Source of the DNA: an uncultured delta proteobacterium
Lineage (GTDB): Bacteria; Desulfobacterota; Binatia; Binatales; Binataceae
Assembly: GCA_963813785.1 (NCBI GenBank)
Contig: CAWFAJ010000002.1
Coordinates: forward strand, 7,654-71,653
DNA length: 64,000 bases
Direction: 5' to 3'
The translations under genes were made by a program, and so were the position numbers. Positions 43,367 to 53,504 of the stretch are shown in pieces. The number at the start of each line of letters is the position of its first letter. The first letter of the stretch is position 1. The notes beneath the pieces were generated by a model. It did not search any database. It saw only the letters and a list, made by a program, of their open reading frames with translations, and had not been told where the DNA came from.

Positions 43367-44793
43367 CCAATCTGCCAGTGGCGGGCCAGTTTCGTAGGAA
43401 TTTGAAAGGGTGGCCGATCGCCCCCGCGCTCCGACAGATGCAGGCCTTCCGCCATCCTGCGAAACAGCCATTCCGCCGCGAGCCGGATCGGCGGTAGCTG
43501 ATCGATGTCTTCGGCATCGAGATGGCGCAGGCCTCCGGCCTTCAGTAAATCCTGGAAAACGGTTGCAGCCCAGTCGAGGTCGATTCCGGCCAGGCCCGCG
43601 ACGCCGGTGCCGATCCGATGTGCATGGGTGAGACCGCGGAGCATCTGCAGGCCAAGGGTGTCTTTCCAGTCAAGGCGCAGCCCAATTGCGCCCGCGATCT
43701 TCGAGCTAACCAGTTCGCGGGTGATTATACGCGGGATGCGGCGCAACGGCTCGAAGGTCTCGGGAACAAAGTCCTCCATGTACTCGAGCAGCGCCTTCTC
43801 CAACGATCTGCCCTCGTTGGTTCTGGCGATGACGCCGGGCCTCAGCCAGATGCGCTCGTATAGCTCCTGCGCCTCCTCCATCGACTCTTGGCCCTTGGGA
43901 AGGAGCATTCTGTCATCGACACCCATGATCGCGCCCACGACGTTCCAGCAGTGAAGATATGCTTTTTCTTCGAAGTGGGTGAGATCGACCCCCAACTTGC
44001 GAAGACTGCGAAGCACTACGTAGGAGAAACTCAGGATCGCCATGCTCATGGCAACTTGGTTAGCCGGCTCGCCCCACTCTTGTTCGTGCCAGCGCATCTG
44101 CAGGAAGGCGTTTCCGAGTTCAGATCCCGGTTTGCCGTTGGCGGGCATTTTGGTGGGCTGCTGCTTGATCAGATATCTGATCGCGGCGTGCATCAGGCGC
44201 ACCTTTTGCGCCGCCTCGACGCCTTCGTCGCTCAAGCCTTGCACGTTGTCTTCGCGCTCTTGCATCAGGTTGACCACAAACAGGGATGTTTCCCACAGGC
44301 GGCGCTGGGTGTGACTCAGGAGTTGCTGCGTCATTCCCAAAACCTTTGCGCCATAGGAGGTGGCGTAGGATTCCGGCAGACTGGCGCATCCCAAGATTGC
44401 AAAGGCAATCATACCGTTTTGTCTAAAGACGCGCTGGCCGGTCGCAATCAGCTCTGGCTCAGCCCAAGGTACTATTCTTGTGTCGTCGAGGTATTTGTCC
44501 AGGAGTTCGCCAACTTTCTTGCGATCGCCGGGACTAGAGCCTTTAAAGGCGTCGGTCAGCTTGCTTCTGAAATGTCCGATTCTCTCATGTTGAATCATGT
44601 TGCGCAGTAGGTCCGCGAGCAGTGGCAGTCCACCTTGAGTCTGCTGCGCGACCTTGGTCACCAAAGCGTCTGCCAGGTCGTCCCCCTTCCGACACATCTC
44701 GTCAATAAGATTTTCGCTCCATCCTTGTGTCTGCTCGATTTCCTGCCTTCCTCTCCCTCTTGCTTTTGCTCGATCGCGGGCTCTTTTTGGCAT
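43348..44793 (-). CDS. DUF2236 (MpaB/oxygenase-like) family protein
   Basis: 481 aa, all-helical, with a central block VRLMHAAIRYLI that I recall as the DUF2236 core; the family assignment is tentative. Confidence 0.45.
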   Translation of the reverse strand: MPKRARDRAKARGRGRQEIEQTQGWSENLIDEMCRKGDDLADALVTKVAQQTQGGLPLLADLLRNMIQHERIGHFRSKLTDAFKGSSPGDRKKVGELLDKYLDDTRIVPWAEPELIATGQRVFRQNGMIAFAILGCASLPESYATSYGAKVLGMTQQLLSHTQRRLWETSLFVVNLMQEREDNVQGLSDEGVEAAQKVRLMHAAIRYLIKQQPTKMPANGKPGSELGNAFLQMRWHEQEWGEPANQVAMSMAILSFSYVVLRSLRKLGVDLTHFEEKAYLHCWNVVGAIMGVDDRMLLPKGQESMEEAQELYERIWLRPGVIARTNEGRSLEKALLEYMEDFVPETFEPLRRIPRIITRELVSSKIAGAIGLRLDWKDTLGLQMLRGLTHAHRIGTGVAGLAGIDLDWAATVFQDLLKAGGLRHLDAEDIDQLPPIRLAAEWLFRRMAEGLHLSERGGDRPPFQIPTKLARHWQIGNARKE

Positions 44794-44805
44794 CCTCGAT
44801 TCCCT

Positions 44806-47800
44806 CTACATGGTTGCCGATTCCGTCAGGAGCGCCTTGGCGTCCTTAAGATCGGGCGTATCGAATCCCTCGGTGAACCAACCGTAAACCGACTCCAAAG
44901 TCTTGCGAGCCGATTGCGGATTGCATTGTTTGCGCTTGAGACGGTAAAGGCTCATCGCGGTCCGCAGCTCCCATGACTTCGCGCTCTGGCGCCGCGCGAC
45001 TTCCAGGCTCTTCATGAAGGCTGCTTCCGCACTCGCCTCCTGCGGACGGGTCAGCGCGAGCAAAAGCGCGCCTTTAAGCCGGTACAACTCGGCTTCGTAG
45101 TATTCCTCGCGGGTGCTGGCAACCTCGGCGAGACCCTCGCTGATGGCTTCGAGGCCTTGCTCAGGGTGGCCGGACTTCGCCAGCGCGTCGGCCAGCAGTC
45201 CTTGCTGATGAGGGCCTGTCACGGGGGCTCCCAAGGCGCGACATGCGTCCTTCGCGCCACGCAGTACAGCTACAGCCTCCTCAGACTGCCCGAGCTGGTT
45301 CAGCGCCCATCCGAGGCTGAATCGAGTAGCCAACAAGAGGAAGGCGAATCCATGCTCCGTCGAGAGGGCGAGACCTTCATCAGCGAGTTGTTTGCCCAAT
45401 GGAATGTCGCGGAGCAACTGGCAGAGGGCGGCCCCGTACGTCTTGGCGTACGCAAGACTGAATTTGTGAGACAGCCCGCTAGCCAGCATGAAGCAGTCGC
45501 GCTGCCTTGAAAGCGCTTGTTCAGGATAGCCTTGAAACCACAAGATCCAAGGCAGAACGGAGCCCGCGACGATACCGGGGTCCTGACCGTAGGCCAGCGC
45601 ATGGCCTTGGTGACTGCGCGGATCGTAAATCGACAACACTTTCTCGAAATGGGAGCGCGCCCGGGCAAGATCGCAGCCTCCGTAGAATGCGTTCTGTCCG
45701 CTCACTGCATGCGCTTCCAGAAGCAGATCCGGGTCGCGCTGACGTTCGGCCAGACTCAGAAGCTGACGGCCGATTTCCTGGGAGTCTCGATACTCGGCGC
45801 GGACGAGATAATAGCCCCACAAGCCATAAAGCACCGGGTAAAGCTGCGGAGTATCTCCGAATCCGGCGCATAGTTCGCGCGCGCGGCTGAACGCGCCCTC
45901 CACATCCGGCGACGAGTAACCCTTCGCGAACATCAACGATTGCCCAAGGTTTAACTGCAGACCAAGTTCCAACTGATCGCGCTGCGGGCCGGCGGCGATC
46001 GCCGGCAGCAATTCCAGACCTGAAGTGAAATGAGCTATTGCGTCGGCATAGGCGGAGCGTGCTGCTACCTTCTGCCCGGCCAGGTAAAAGTACGGTGCGG
46101 CTTTGTTCGCGTCGGACCCGCGTGAGTAGTGGCGCGCGAGCTCTTCGACGTAATCGTCTAAGTGATTGGCAAACGTCGCCTCGATCGCTTCACCGATGCG
46201 GAGGTGTAGCGCCTTGCGCCGTTCGGCAAGCACCGAGCCGTAGGCCACTTCCTGCGTCAGCGCGTGTTTGAAGACGTATGCGGCATCGGGGAACGTCGGC
46301 AGCTCGTGGATGAACTCCGCCAATTGCAGGCTGGCGAGCATTCGCTGGAGATCCTCACCGTCCGTCGCCGCGACCTGCTCGATCAGGGCGAGTGGAATTT
46401 CCTTGCCAATCACCGCGAGCGTTTGCAGCAATTCCTTTTCCCTGGGGACACGCCGGTCGATGCGCGAGGCAAGTATTCCCCGAACGGTCGGCGGGATACG
46501 CAACTCCGCCAGCGGCTTCGCGAGTCTCACGGCGCCATCGCGCACCAGTGCGCTCTCTTCGAACATCGATTGGACGATCTCCTCCATGAAAAACGGATTG
46601 CCATCGGTCTTTTCGACGATGAGCCGTTTCAGTCCGGACAGGTCGTCGTCGCCGTGCTTTGCAGGGGCGGATCGGGAACCGTCCGCCGCCGCGAACACGC
46701 GCGCGTGTCGGGCGTCTTCGCGTTCGCCACTGTGCTCCTGGTCAGGCAGAGGAAAGGAAGTGTCGAGCAGCGCGGACAGCATCTCCTCGGCGCTGTCCTT
46801 GCCGAGCGGATCGAGCCGCAGCTGCGTGTAGTAGGTCTTGCTTCCCCATTCGTGGTGATACTCGGGGCGATAGTTGACCAGCAGCAGAATCCGCGTGTTG
46901 GCGATTGCCTCTGCCAACATGTTCAACAGTGCCTGGCTCTCGCCGTCTATCCAGTGCAGGTCTTCGAAGATCAGCATCATCGGCTGCTCGCGGCTCTCGC
47001 GCAGCAGCAGGTTCTTCACCGCTTCCAGGGTTCGCCGTCGTTTGAGCTGCGGTTCCATCCCCGCGAGCGTGTTGCTCTCGTCCGTCACGCCGATAAGCGC
47101 AAACAGATAAGGGAGGGTTGTTTCCAGGGCGCGGTCCAGGGTCATCACCCTGCCGCTGACCTTCTCACGGCGCTTGCCATGGTCGTCTTCGGGCGTGATT
47201 TCGAAATAATCTCTGAGCAAATCAACCACCGGCAGATACGCCGGAGCCTTTGCGTGGGAGACCGAGAAGGTTTCGAGCAGCATCCAGCCCGACTGATTCC
47301 TGGCTTTGAACTCGTGGAACAGGCGCGATTTGCCGACTCCGGGCTCGGCCATCGCCGCCACGATTTGTCCGCGCCCTTGCTTTGCAAGCTCCGCGGCATG
47401 CGTCATCGCCTCGATCTCGCGCTCGCGTCCGACGAACTTCGTGAGTCCGCGTCCCGCTGACCGCTGCAGTCGGGTGCGCAGCGGTCCCAGCCCGGTAACT
47501 TCGTATACCTCGACCGGCTCGCTGATGCCCTTGATGCGCGCGGGGCCAAGCGCCTTCAGCGTGAAGTACCCCTCGACCAGCTTGCGGGTCGCCTCGGTGA
47601 TCGCAGTTGCACCAGGATGGGCCAGGGTCTGCATTCGCGCGGCGAGATTGGCGGTGTGTCCAATCGGCGTGTACTCGACATTGCCGCCGCCGGTGGCAAT
47701 CGAGCGCACCACGACCTCGCCGGTGTTGATTCCAATCCTGATCAGCAAGGGCGCGCGGCCCTCTCCCTGGAGCCTCTCTCCGTAGCGGCGCAGCTCTTCC

Positions 47801-48300
47801 TGAATGCGCAGCGCCGCATAAAGCGCACGCTGCGGATGGTCCTCGTCCGCGATCGGTGCGCCGAACAGCGCGAAGATGCCGTCGCCCGTGGACTGCACTA
47901 CGTAACCGTCGTACCGATGGACCGCATCGATCATGAGCTTCAACGCTGGGTCAATAATCGCGCGCGCCTCTTCCGGATCGAGGTCTTCCTCCAGTGCGGT
48001 GGAGCCCTTGATGTCGGCGAACAGCGCCGTCACGGTCTTGCGCTCGCCGTCGACGACGAGCGAGGAATCCGATTGCTCCTGCGTAACAAGGATGCCGGAC
48101 GCGGCGGGTTCGGTTATAGAAGCTTTAGGCGCATTCGCTGCAGCCGTGTCGACGAGAGTGGCTCCGCATTCTCCGCAGAACTTCTCGCCGGGTTCGTTGG
48201 ATGCGCCGCAGCGCGTACAGCTGGTCGAAATCGGAGCGCCGCATTGCGCACAGAATTTGCGCCCTCCCCGGTTCTCACCTCCGCATTTCGTGCAACGCAT
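44806..48300 (-). CDS. multidomain signalling protein: double zinc-ribbon, class-III adenylate/guanylate cyclase, STAND/AAA ATPase and TPR repeats
   Basis: N-terminal CxxC x4. Cyclase-domain motifs FADIKGSTAL, VQSTGDGIFALFGAP, IRIGINTGEVVV. P-loop AEPGVGKSRL. A long helical TPR-like C-terminus. 1164 aa. Confidence 0.85.
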   Translation of the reverse strand: MRCTKCGGENRGGRKFCAQCGAPISTSCTRCGASNEPGEKFCGECGATLVDTAAANAPKASITEPAASGILVTQEQSDSSLVVDGERKTVTALFADIKGSTALEEDLDPEEARAIIDPALKLMIDAVHRYDGYVVQSTGDGIFALFGAPIADEDHPQRALYAALRIQEELRRYGERLQGEGRAPLLIRIGINTGEVVVRSIATGGGNVEYTPIGHTANLAARMQTLAHPGATAITEATRKLVEGYFTLKALGPARIKGISEPVEVYEVTGLGPLRTRLQRSAGRGLTKFVGREREIEAMTHAAELAKQGRGQIVAAMAEPGVGKSRLFHEFKARNQSGWMLLETFSVSHAKAPAYLPVVDLLRDYFEITPEDDHGKRREKVSGRVMTLDRALETTLPYLFALIGVTDESNTLAGMEPQLKRRRTLEAVKNLLLRESREQPMMLIFEDLHWIDGESQALLNMLAEAIANTRILLLVNYRPEYHHEWGSKTYYTQLRLDPLGKDSAEEMLSALLDTSFPLPDQEHSGEREDARHARVFAAADGSRSAPAKHGDDDLSGLKRLIVEKTDGNPFFMEEIVQSMFEESALVRDGAVRLAKPLAELRIPPTVRGILASRIDRRVPREKELLQTLAVIGKEIPLALIEQVAATDGEDLQRMLASLQLAEFIHELPTFPDAAYVFKHALTQEVAYGSVLAERRKALHLRIGEAIEATFANHLDDYVEELARHYSRGSDANKAAPYFYLAGQKVAARSAYADAIAHFTSGLELLPAIAAGPQRDQLELGLQLNLGQSLMFAKGYSSPDVEGAFSRARELCAGFGDTPQLYPVLYGLWGYYLVRAEYRDSQEIGRQLLSLAERQRDPDLLLEAHAVSGQNAFYGGCDLARARSHFEKVLSIYDPRSHQGHALAYGQDPGIVAGSVLPWILWFQGYPEQALSRQRDCFMLASGLSHKFSLAYAKTYGAALCQLLRDIPLGKQLADEGLALSTEHGFAFLLLATRFSLGWALNQLGQSEEAVAVLRGAKDACRALGAPVTGPHQQGLLADALAKSGHPEQGLEAISEGLAEVASTREEYYEAELYRLKGALLLALTRPQEASAEAAFMKSLEVARRQSAKSWELRTAMSLYRLKRKQCNPQSARKTLESVYGWFTEGFDTPDLKDAKALLTESATM

Positions 48301-48558
48301 TACCTAGCCCATCAACTGACTTCGGGCGCGCCCACCCGAATTATTAATTCGAAATTTCCGATTTAACGCCTCGGGTCTGAATACTCATAGCTTGCCGCGC
48401 GCGCTTTAGCGCAAAGGGCTGGGCCTTACACGCAGTTTAGGTCCGGGCTCGGCCACGCCGGGTCCGATTCCGCCATTCCGACCTGGCCGAAACCTTGCTA
48501 CGATGCATGCGCGGCCGACCTGCAGCGACACACACTCTGCGAGTGCGAGGCGATCGAA

Positions 48559-49233
48559 GTGGCGCCATTTCTGACAATCAAGCGTGAGACAGACCTCATT
48601 GCACTTGCTGCCTTTATTCTTGCATTCGGAGCGGTGACCTATCAGGTCACGGCGTATTTTCGCGGCGCGAACGTAAAGCTATTTGGACCTGAGCAGATAT
48701 TGATCCATGGCGATAAATATCCTGACGGCGAAACCTACGTCCGGTTCGCGGCTCGAATGTCGTATCTAAACTCCGGCGACATCGGCTACAACGCTGTAGT
48801 CGGTCATGAGTCACTACAGATCCAGATTGATAAGGGCCTTTACAGGCAGACATGGCAATATTTCATTCACTCTAGTTCTCCGGACGGTCAGACGCTGAGT
48901 TTGGGAGATCAGGTTGAAGCCGTCCCGACTCCGATAAATGGGGGAGATGCCAAATCACATGAGACTTACTTTGCTCCATGGCCTATCGACTGCAAAAGCA
49001 CCGTCGGCGCCGATTGCAGACCCGGCGCGAATTTCCTGCCGTGGGACACCTTCCTGAATTCGATAAAGTCAGGGGACGTTCTCAAATTTGAACTCATAGC
49101 CGACATTTTTGGAAGCAAGGCTCAAATGGTTACTTGCACGGTCGATGTAGATGATGCACTGATCGCGCAGCTAAAGACTACGCCGAACAAGTGGAGTGCT
49201 CCTGCCTGCCGGGAAGCTTTGTCCTCTCAGTAG
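48559..49233 (+). CDS. hypothetical membrane-anchored protein in a lower-GC islet
   Basis: One N-terminal TM helix and a 190-aa Cys-containing ectodomain. Local GC is about 50-53%, against about 65% in the flanks. Confidence 0.45.
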   Translation: MAPFLTIKRETDLIALAAFILAFGAVTYQVTAYFRGANVKLFGPEQILIHGDKYPDGETYVRFAARMSYLNSGDIGYNAVVGHESLQIQIDKGLYRQTWQYFIHSSSPDGQTLSLGDQVEAVPTPINGGDAKSHETYFAPWPIDCKSTVGADCRPGANFLPWDTFLNSIKSGDVLKFELIADIFGSKAQMVTCTVDVDDALIAQLKTTPNKWSAPACREALSSQ

Positions 49234-49591
49234 GACTCGATTCGACCCTCATTCAGTCGCGCTCGAATCCGCGTTTGACCCGCTTTCCATGCAACGACGG
49301 ATAGTCCGCAGGGCTCAGAATCGACTGCCAAACGACTGCCGATCACGACCGAACAGGACCGATCACCACCGACCTCGATTCTGACAAAATCCCCGTGTCG
49401 CGCGGGTGTTGCTGCGTCGTGATCGATGGTGATCGCCCCGGGACTCGTTGCTGGTCAGCGGCGCCATGTGAATCCCCTGTCGTACAAGGGGTTCAACGTC
49501 AATTATGATCGTCTATGATCGAAACCACCGGGAAATAGCCTATGACCGATCTGTCATAGACAGGTGACACACGATTTGAGATAAGCGCAGT

Positions 49592-50701
49592 ATGACACCG
49601 CTCGAACGCGTACACGTTGGTCTGATTGGTTGCGGGCGCATCGCCAGCCTGCAGGTCCTGGGCTATCGCGATCACCCGCGCGCGGAGCTGACAGCAATCT
49701 GTGACAACGACGAAGCGCTACTAGGTCAGCGACAGCAGGAGTGGCAACCAAAGAAGACCTATCGTGACTATCACCAGCTTCTCGCCGACTCCGACGTGAA
49801 CGCCGTGGAGATCCTGATACCACACCACTTGCATCGCGAGGTCGCCATCGCCGCGTTGCAAGCAGGCAAGCATGTGTCGTTGCAGAAGCCGCCGGCGTTG
49901 ACGCTCCGCGAACTCGGCGACGTGAATGAAGCGGCGAAACGTGCGGGACGCCGGCTGCGTGTCTTCGAGAACTTCATGTACTATCCGCCGCACGTCAAGG
50001 CGCGCGCGCTGATCCAGGAAGGCGCAATCGGTGAGCCCATCTCGGTGCGTATCAAGACGGCGGCCGGACGTTTCGATGACGGCTGGCGGGTGCCGGCCAC
50101 GTCGCTGGCGTGGCGCATGAATCCGGAAACCTGCGGTGGCGGCCCAACCTGCTTCGACCACGGCTACCATTGCTACAACATGGCGCGCTTCTTCGTCGCC
50201 GAGCCGGTCGAACGCGTGCACGCGTGGATTCACGTCAACCGGTTTGGATCGGACGCTTTCTACGACGGGCCCGCTTTGATCAGTTGGAAGTACGCCGGCG
50301 TACCCAAGTTCGGCAGCTGGGAAGTGATCGCGTCGGTGGGCATGCGGGTACGCTCGAAGTACTACGCCAGTGACGACCGCATCGAAATCCACGGGACCGA
50401 GGGCATCATCTGGATCAACCGCTGTACCGGTTCGCTTCTCGACGAGCCTGCGCTGGTCCTGTATCGGGACGGCCAGACGCGCGCCTGGCACGACATTCCA
50501 AACGACTGGTCGGAAAGTTTTCGCCTCGGCGTGCACGATTTCATCGACGCGTTGATTGAAGGCCGCCAACCCCCACAGGATGCCGGCGATGCAGCGGCAA
50601 CGCTCGGCTTCGCCATAGCAGCCCACGTCTCGGCCTGCGAGCACCGCGAAGTGCGTCTCGACGAGATCGGGCCGGACACCAGAGCGCGACTCCCGATCTG
50701 A
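49592..50701 (+). CDS. Gfo/Idh/MocA family oxidoreductase
   Basis: N-terminal Rossmann motif VGLIGCGRIA. Confidence 0.85.
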   Translation: MTPLERVHVGLIGCGRIASLQVLGYRDHPRAELTAICDNDEALLGQRQQEWQPKKTYRDYHQLLADSDVNAVEILIPHHLHREVAIAALQAGKHVSLQKPPALTLRELGDVNEAAKRAGRRLRVFENFMYYPPHVKARALIQEGAIGEPISVRIKTAAGRFDDGWRVPATSLAWRMNPETCGGGPTCFDHGYHCYNMARFFVAEPVERVHAWIHVNRFGSDAFYDGPALISWKYAGVPKFGSWEVIASVGMRVRSKYYASDDRIEIHGTEGIIWINRCTGSLLDEPALVLYRDGQTRAWHDIPNDWSESFRLGVHDFIDALIEGRQPPQDAGDAAATLGFAIAAHVSACEHREVRLDEIGPDTRARLPI

Positions 50702-50786
50702 CTGGCTGTCCGTCCCGAGAACTCGTGCGGGTGCTTTTTTCCGGGACGATATCCGCCAGTCTCGCGTCCAGCCGCGTGAGGATCGG

Positions 50787-51617
50787 CTATCGCGCTGCCG
50801 GCGCCAGCATCGCGAGCGCGATTTTGTGCAGCTCGCGGTCGCCGGCGGCGACTATCTGCCCGCCGTCATATGGCGGCCCGCCCGACCAGCTCGTCACGAT
50901 TCCGCCTGCGGCCTCGATGATCGGGATGAGCGGTTGGATATCGTAAGGCTGGAGGCTCGATTCGATCACCAGATCGATGAAGCCCGCGGCGAGCAGGCAG
51001 TACGAATAGCAATCGCCGCCGTAGCGCCTCATCCGCGCCTTGGACGCGAGCCGGCGAAACGCGTCGCGTTCGCCCGGACCCGAGAACATCGCCGGATCGG
51101 TTGCGCAGACGATCGCGTCTTCCAGCCGCCGGCATTCGCGCACCCGCAGCGTGGTGCTTGGGCCGCGACCCCTCAGTTCGGCGCCCAGCCGTGAACCGAC
51201 GAACGTCTCGCCCGTGTACGGCTGATGCATCACGCCGATCACCGGTCGCGCGCCGTCGTTGAGTGCGATCAAAACGCCCCAATGCAGTTGTCCGATAATG
51301 AAGGCGCGCGTGCCGTCGATCGGATCGATGATCCAGGTCAGCGCCTCGCTGCCGGGCGCGAAGCCGTGCTCCTCGCCGAGGATTCCGTGGCCGGGATGGA
51401 CGCGGTGAATCTCGTCGCGGATCGCTCGCTCGGCCCCGCGATCGGCGAGCGTCACCGGGTCGTAGCCGCTGCCGCCTGCCTTATTCTCGACCGCGAGGCG
51501 CACGCGAAAATACGGCAGGATCGTGCGTCCCGCCAGATCCGCCAGATGGCAGGCAAAGGCGGCGTACTCTTCGATCGCGCGATCGTTCATCGTCGGCATA
51601 GGCTGCTCTGCTCGCAA
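50787..51617 (-). CDS. inositol-monophosphatase family protein (possibly histidinol-phosphatase HisN-like)
   Basis: Metal-binding motifs WIIDPIDGT and GGDCYSYCLLAAGFID. Confidence 0.7.
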   Translation of the reverse strand: MRAEQPMPTMNDRAIEEYAAFACHLADLAGRTILPYFRVRLAVENKAGGSGYDPVTLADRGAERAIRDEIHRVHPGHGILGEEHGFAPGSEALTWIIDPIDGTRAFIIGQLHWGVLIALNDGARPVIGVMHQPYTGETFVGSRLGAELRGRGPSTTLRVRECRRLEDAIVCATDPAMFSGPGERDAFRRLASKARMRRYGGDCYSYCLLAAGFIDLVIESSLQPYDIQPLIPIIEAAGGIVTSWSGGPPYDGGQIVAAGDRELHKIALAMLAPAAR

Positions 51618-51627
51618 GCCGGCCCGG

Positions 51628-53055
51628 TTACGGGACTTCGGTGCTCGCGTCGAGCCACGCGAACATCATTTCCTTCACCATCGATGGATCGAGCGAGACT
51701 GCGCCGCCGCCGTACACCGCGCCGCTGCGCGCGGGCGTCGCGGGCGGATGCTTGGCGTACTCGACGCCGGCCGCGATGTCCCTGACGAAACGCGTCGCCA
51801 CTCCCGGAAGCGTCTGCGGCAAGGTGACGCACAGGTGAAAGCCCGCGGGCCGTTGCAGCCCGTTAAGCCGCCATCCACGCTCCGCCAGATAATCGTTGAC
51901 GTGGAAGATGTCCACGACCTCGGACGTAATCGCGATGCAGTAGGTCGGCTTGCCGATAATCTTGAGCTCCGGGATTTTTGCGACGCCCGACTTGATCGTG
52001 TCCGCCGCCTTCATGATGCGGCGGGTCGCCTTCAGGTAGCCCTCCTCGCCGAGCGTGACCATCGCCGCCCATGTCGATGCGCTGATTCCCTCCGAGCGGC
52101 TGCCCGCCACCGTCGGCGACGCATACAACCCGCCCTGCCAGTCGGTTATCGCGAAGTACATGCGCCGGCGCAACGCGCGATTGCGATAGAGCACCACCGA
52201 CGCGCCCTTGAGCCCGTAGCCCCATTTGTGCGTATCGCAGGACATCGAGGTGACGCCCGGCAGGCGGAAGTCGAACGCCGGAACGTCGTAGCCGAGCTTT
52301 GCGATCCACGGCAGGATGAAACCGCCGAAGCAGCTATCGACGTGCAGACCGACGCCGGCTTCAAGCGCGAGCGCGGACAACTTCTCGATCGGATCGATCA
52401 GTCCGTGCGGATAATTTGCCGCCGAGCCCGCGATCGCGATGGTGTTGGGCCCGATCGCGAGCCGCATCGCGTTCACGTCGGCCAGGTAATCGGCTCCGAC
52501 CGGCACGCGAATCAGCTTGATGCCGAAAAAATGCGCGCCCTTGGAAAATGCCGGATGAATCGTCTCCGGCACCACCATCTCGGGCGCCGTGATTCCGCGC
52601 TCGGCCCTGGCTTTTTCCCGATACGCCAGCATCGGCAAAATGATGCTCTCGGTGCCGCCCGAAGTGATCGCTCCGCATACCTCGGCCTGCGGATCCTTTT
52701 CGCGCGCCAGCTCCGCGCCCAGCATCCGCGCCGTCATCGCGATTATCTCGCCCTCGAATTTGGTGCCGCTCGGGCACATGTCGCGCTGCAGCAGGTTGAC
52801 GTGCGAGAACAGCGAGAACACGCGGTTGAGGTACGCGTAGTGCTCCATCCCGCCGTGGTAGTAGGTGCCCGAGATCTGGCCGGTCTGCCAGCGCGCGTTC
52901 TCCTGGCGCGCGATACTGCGCAACTCGCGCATGACCTCCTCGGGCTGGCGGCTTTTCGTCGGCAGCTCGTGGTAGGTCTCGAAGGTTTCGCGATAGGGGA
53001 ACATATCTCCGAACGGTCCGGAGGGCGCTGGCTGTTTCTTCGCTGCCTTGGGCAT
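51628..53055 (-). CDS. PLP-dependent group-II decarboxylase (sphingosine-1-phosphate-lyase / glutamate-decarboxylase-like)
   Basis: Start at MPKAAKK (53055) preceded by AAGGAG. PLP-Lys motif SMSCDTHKWGY. Confidence 0.8.
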   Translation of the reverse strand: MPKAAKKQPAPSGPFGDMFPYRETFETYHELPTKSRQPEEVMRELRSIARQENARWQTGQISGTYYHGGMEHYAYLNRVFSLFSHVNLLQRDMCPSGTKFEGEIIAMTARMLGAELAREKDPQAEVCGAITSGGTESIILPMLAYREKARAERGITAPEMVVPETIHPAFSKGAHFFGIKLIRVPVGADYLADVNAMRLAIGPNTIAIAGSAANYPHGLIDPIEKLSALALEAGVGLHVDSCFGGFILPWIAKLGYDVPAFDFRLPGVTSMSCDTHKWGYGLKGASVVLYRNRALRRRMYFAITDWQGGLYASPTVAGSRSEGISASTWAAMVTLGEEGYLKATRRIMKAADTIKSGVAKIPELKIIGKPTYCIAITSEVVDIFHVNDYLAERGWRLNGLQRPAGFHLCVTLPQTLPGVATRFVRDIAAGVEYAKHPPATPARSGAVYGGGAVSLDPSMVKEMMFAWLDASTEVP

Positions 53056-53171
53056 GAAACGACTCCTTGGGAATTGCGGCGCCCGGATAATCCGGCGCCG
53101 GGGCCAAATATAACTTATTGTCCGGCGCTTTCCGAATTCCCCGGACAGGCCCTGTCCGCCAAGGGTACTTC

Positions 53172-53200
53172 TTGACAAATGTAAATTGTCATTTTACAAT
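53172..53200 (+). promoter_or_regulatory. near-consensus sigma-70 promoter of higBA with an embedded inverted repeat (candidate HigA operator)
   Basis: TTGACA-17 bp-TACAAT. The palindrome TGTAAA-ttgtca-TTTACA spans the spacer and -10 element. The -10 ends 7 bp before the higB GTG start. Confidence 0.55.
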
Positions 53201-53206
53201 GAGCAG

Positions 53207-53485
53207 GTGATAACGGGCTTTCGCCACCGTGGCCTAAGGCGGCTCTACGAAAAGGACGACCCCGCCAAGGTTCCGGCCGGGGACTTAACCCGCATCCGCC
53301 TCATCCTCGCCGCGCTTGATGCGGCGCAGAGCGCAAAGGACGTGGACATACATGCGTTCCATCTCCACCCGCTCAAAGGTGACCTGAAAGGCTTCTGGGC
53401 CATTACCGTGCGGGCCAACTGGCGGATTATTTTTCGCTTCGAAAGAGGCAGCGTTTGCGAGGTCGATCTCGTGGACTATCACTGA
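53207..53485 (+). CDS. higB: HigB toxin (RelE/ParE superfamily, plasmid-killer type)
   Basis: 92 aa from the GTG start. C-terminal signature WRIIFRFERGSVCEVDLVDYH. Followed by the antitoxin 20 bp downstream. Confidence 0.75.
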   Translation: MITGFRHRGLRRLYEKDDPAKVPAGDLTRIRLILAALDAAQSAKDVDIHAFHLHPLKGDLKGFWAITVRANWRIIFRFERGSVCEVDLVDYH

Positions 53486-53504
53486 ACGACAGGAGTGCCA
53501 GACC

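Noticed and set aside
51523-53175. 550-aa plus-strand ORF
   Set aside because: It is antisense to the PLP-decarboxylase gene and has no domain features.
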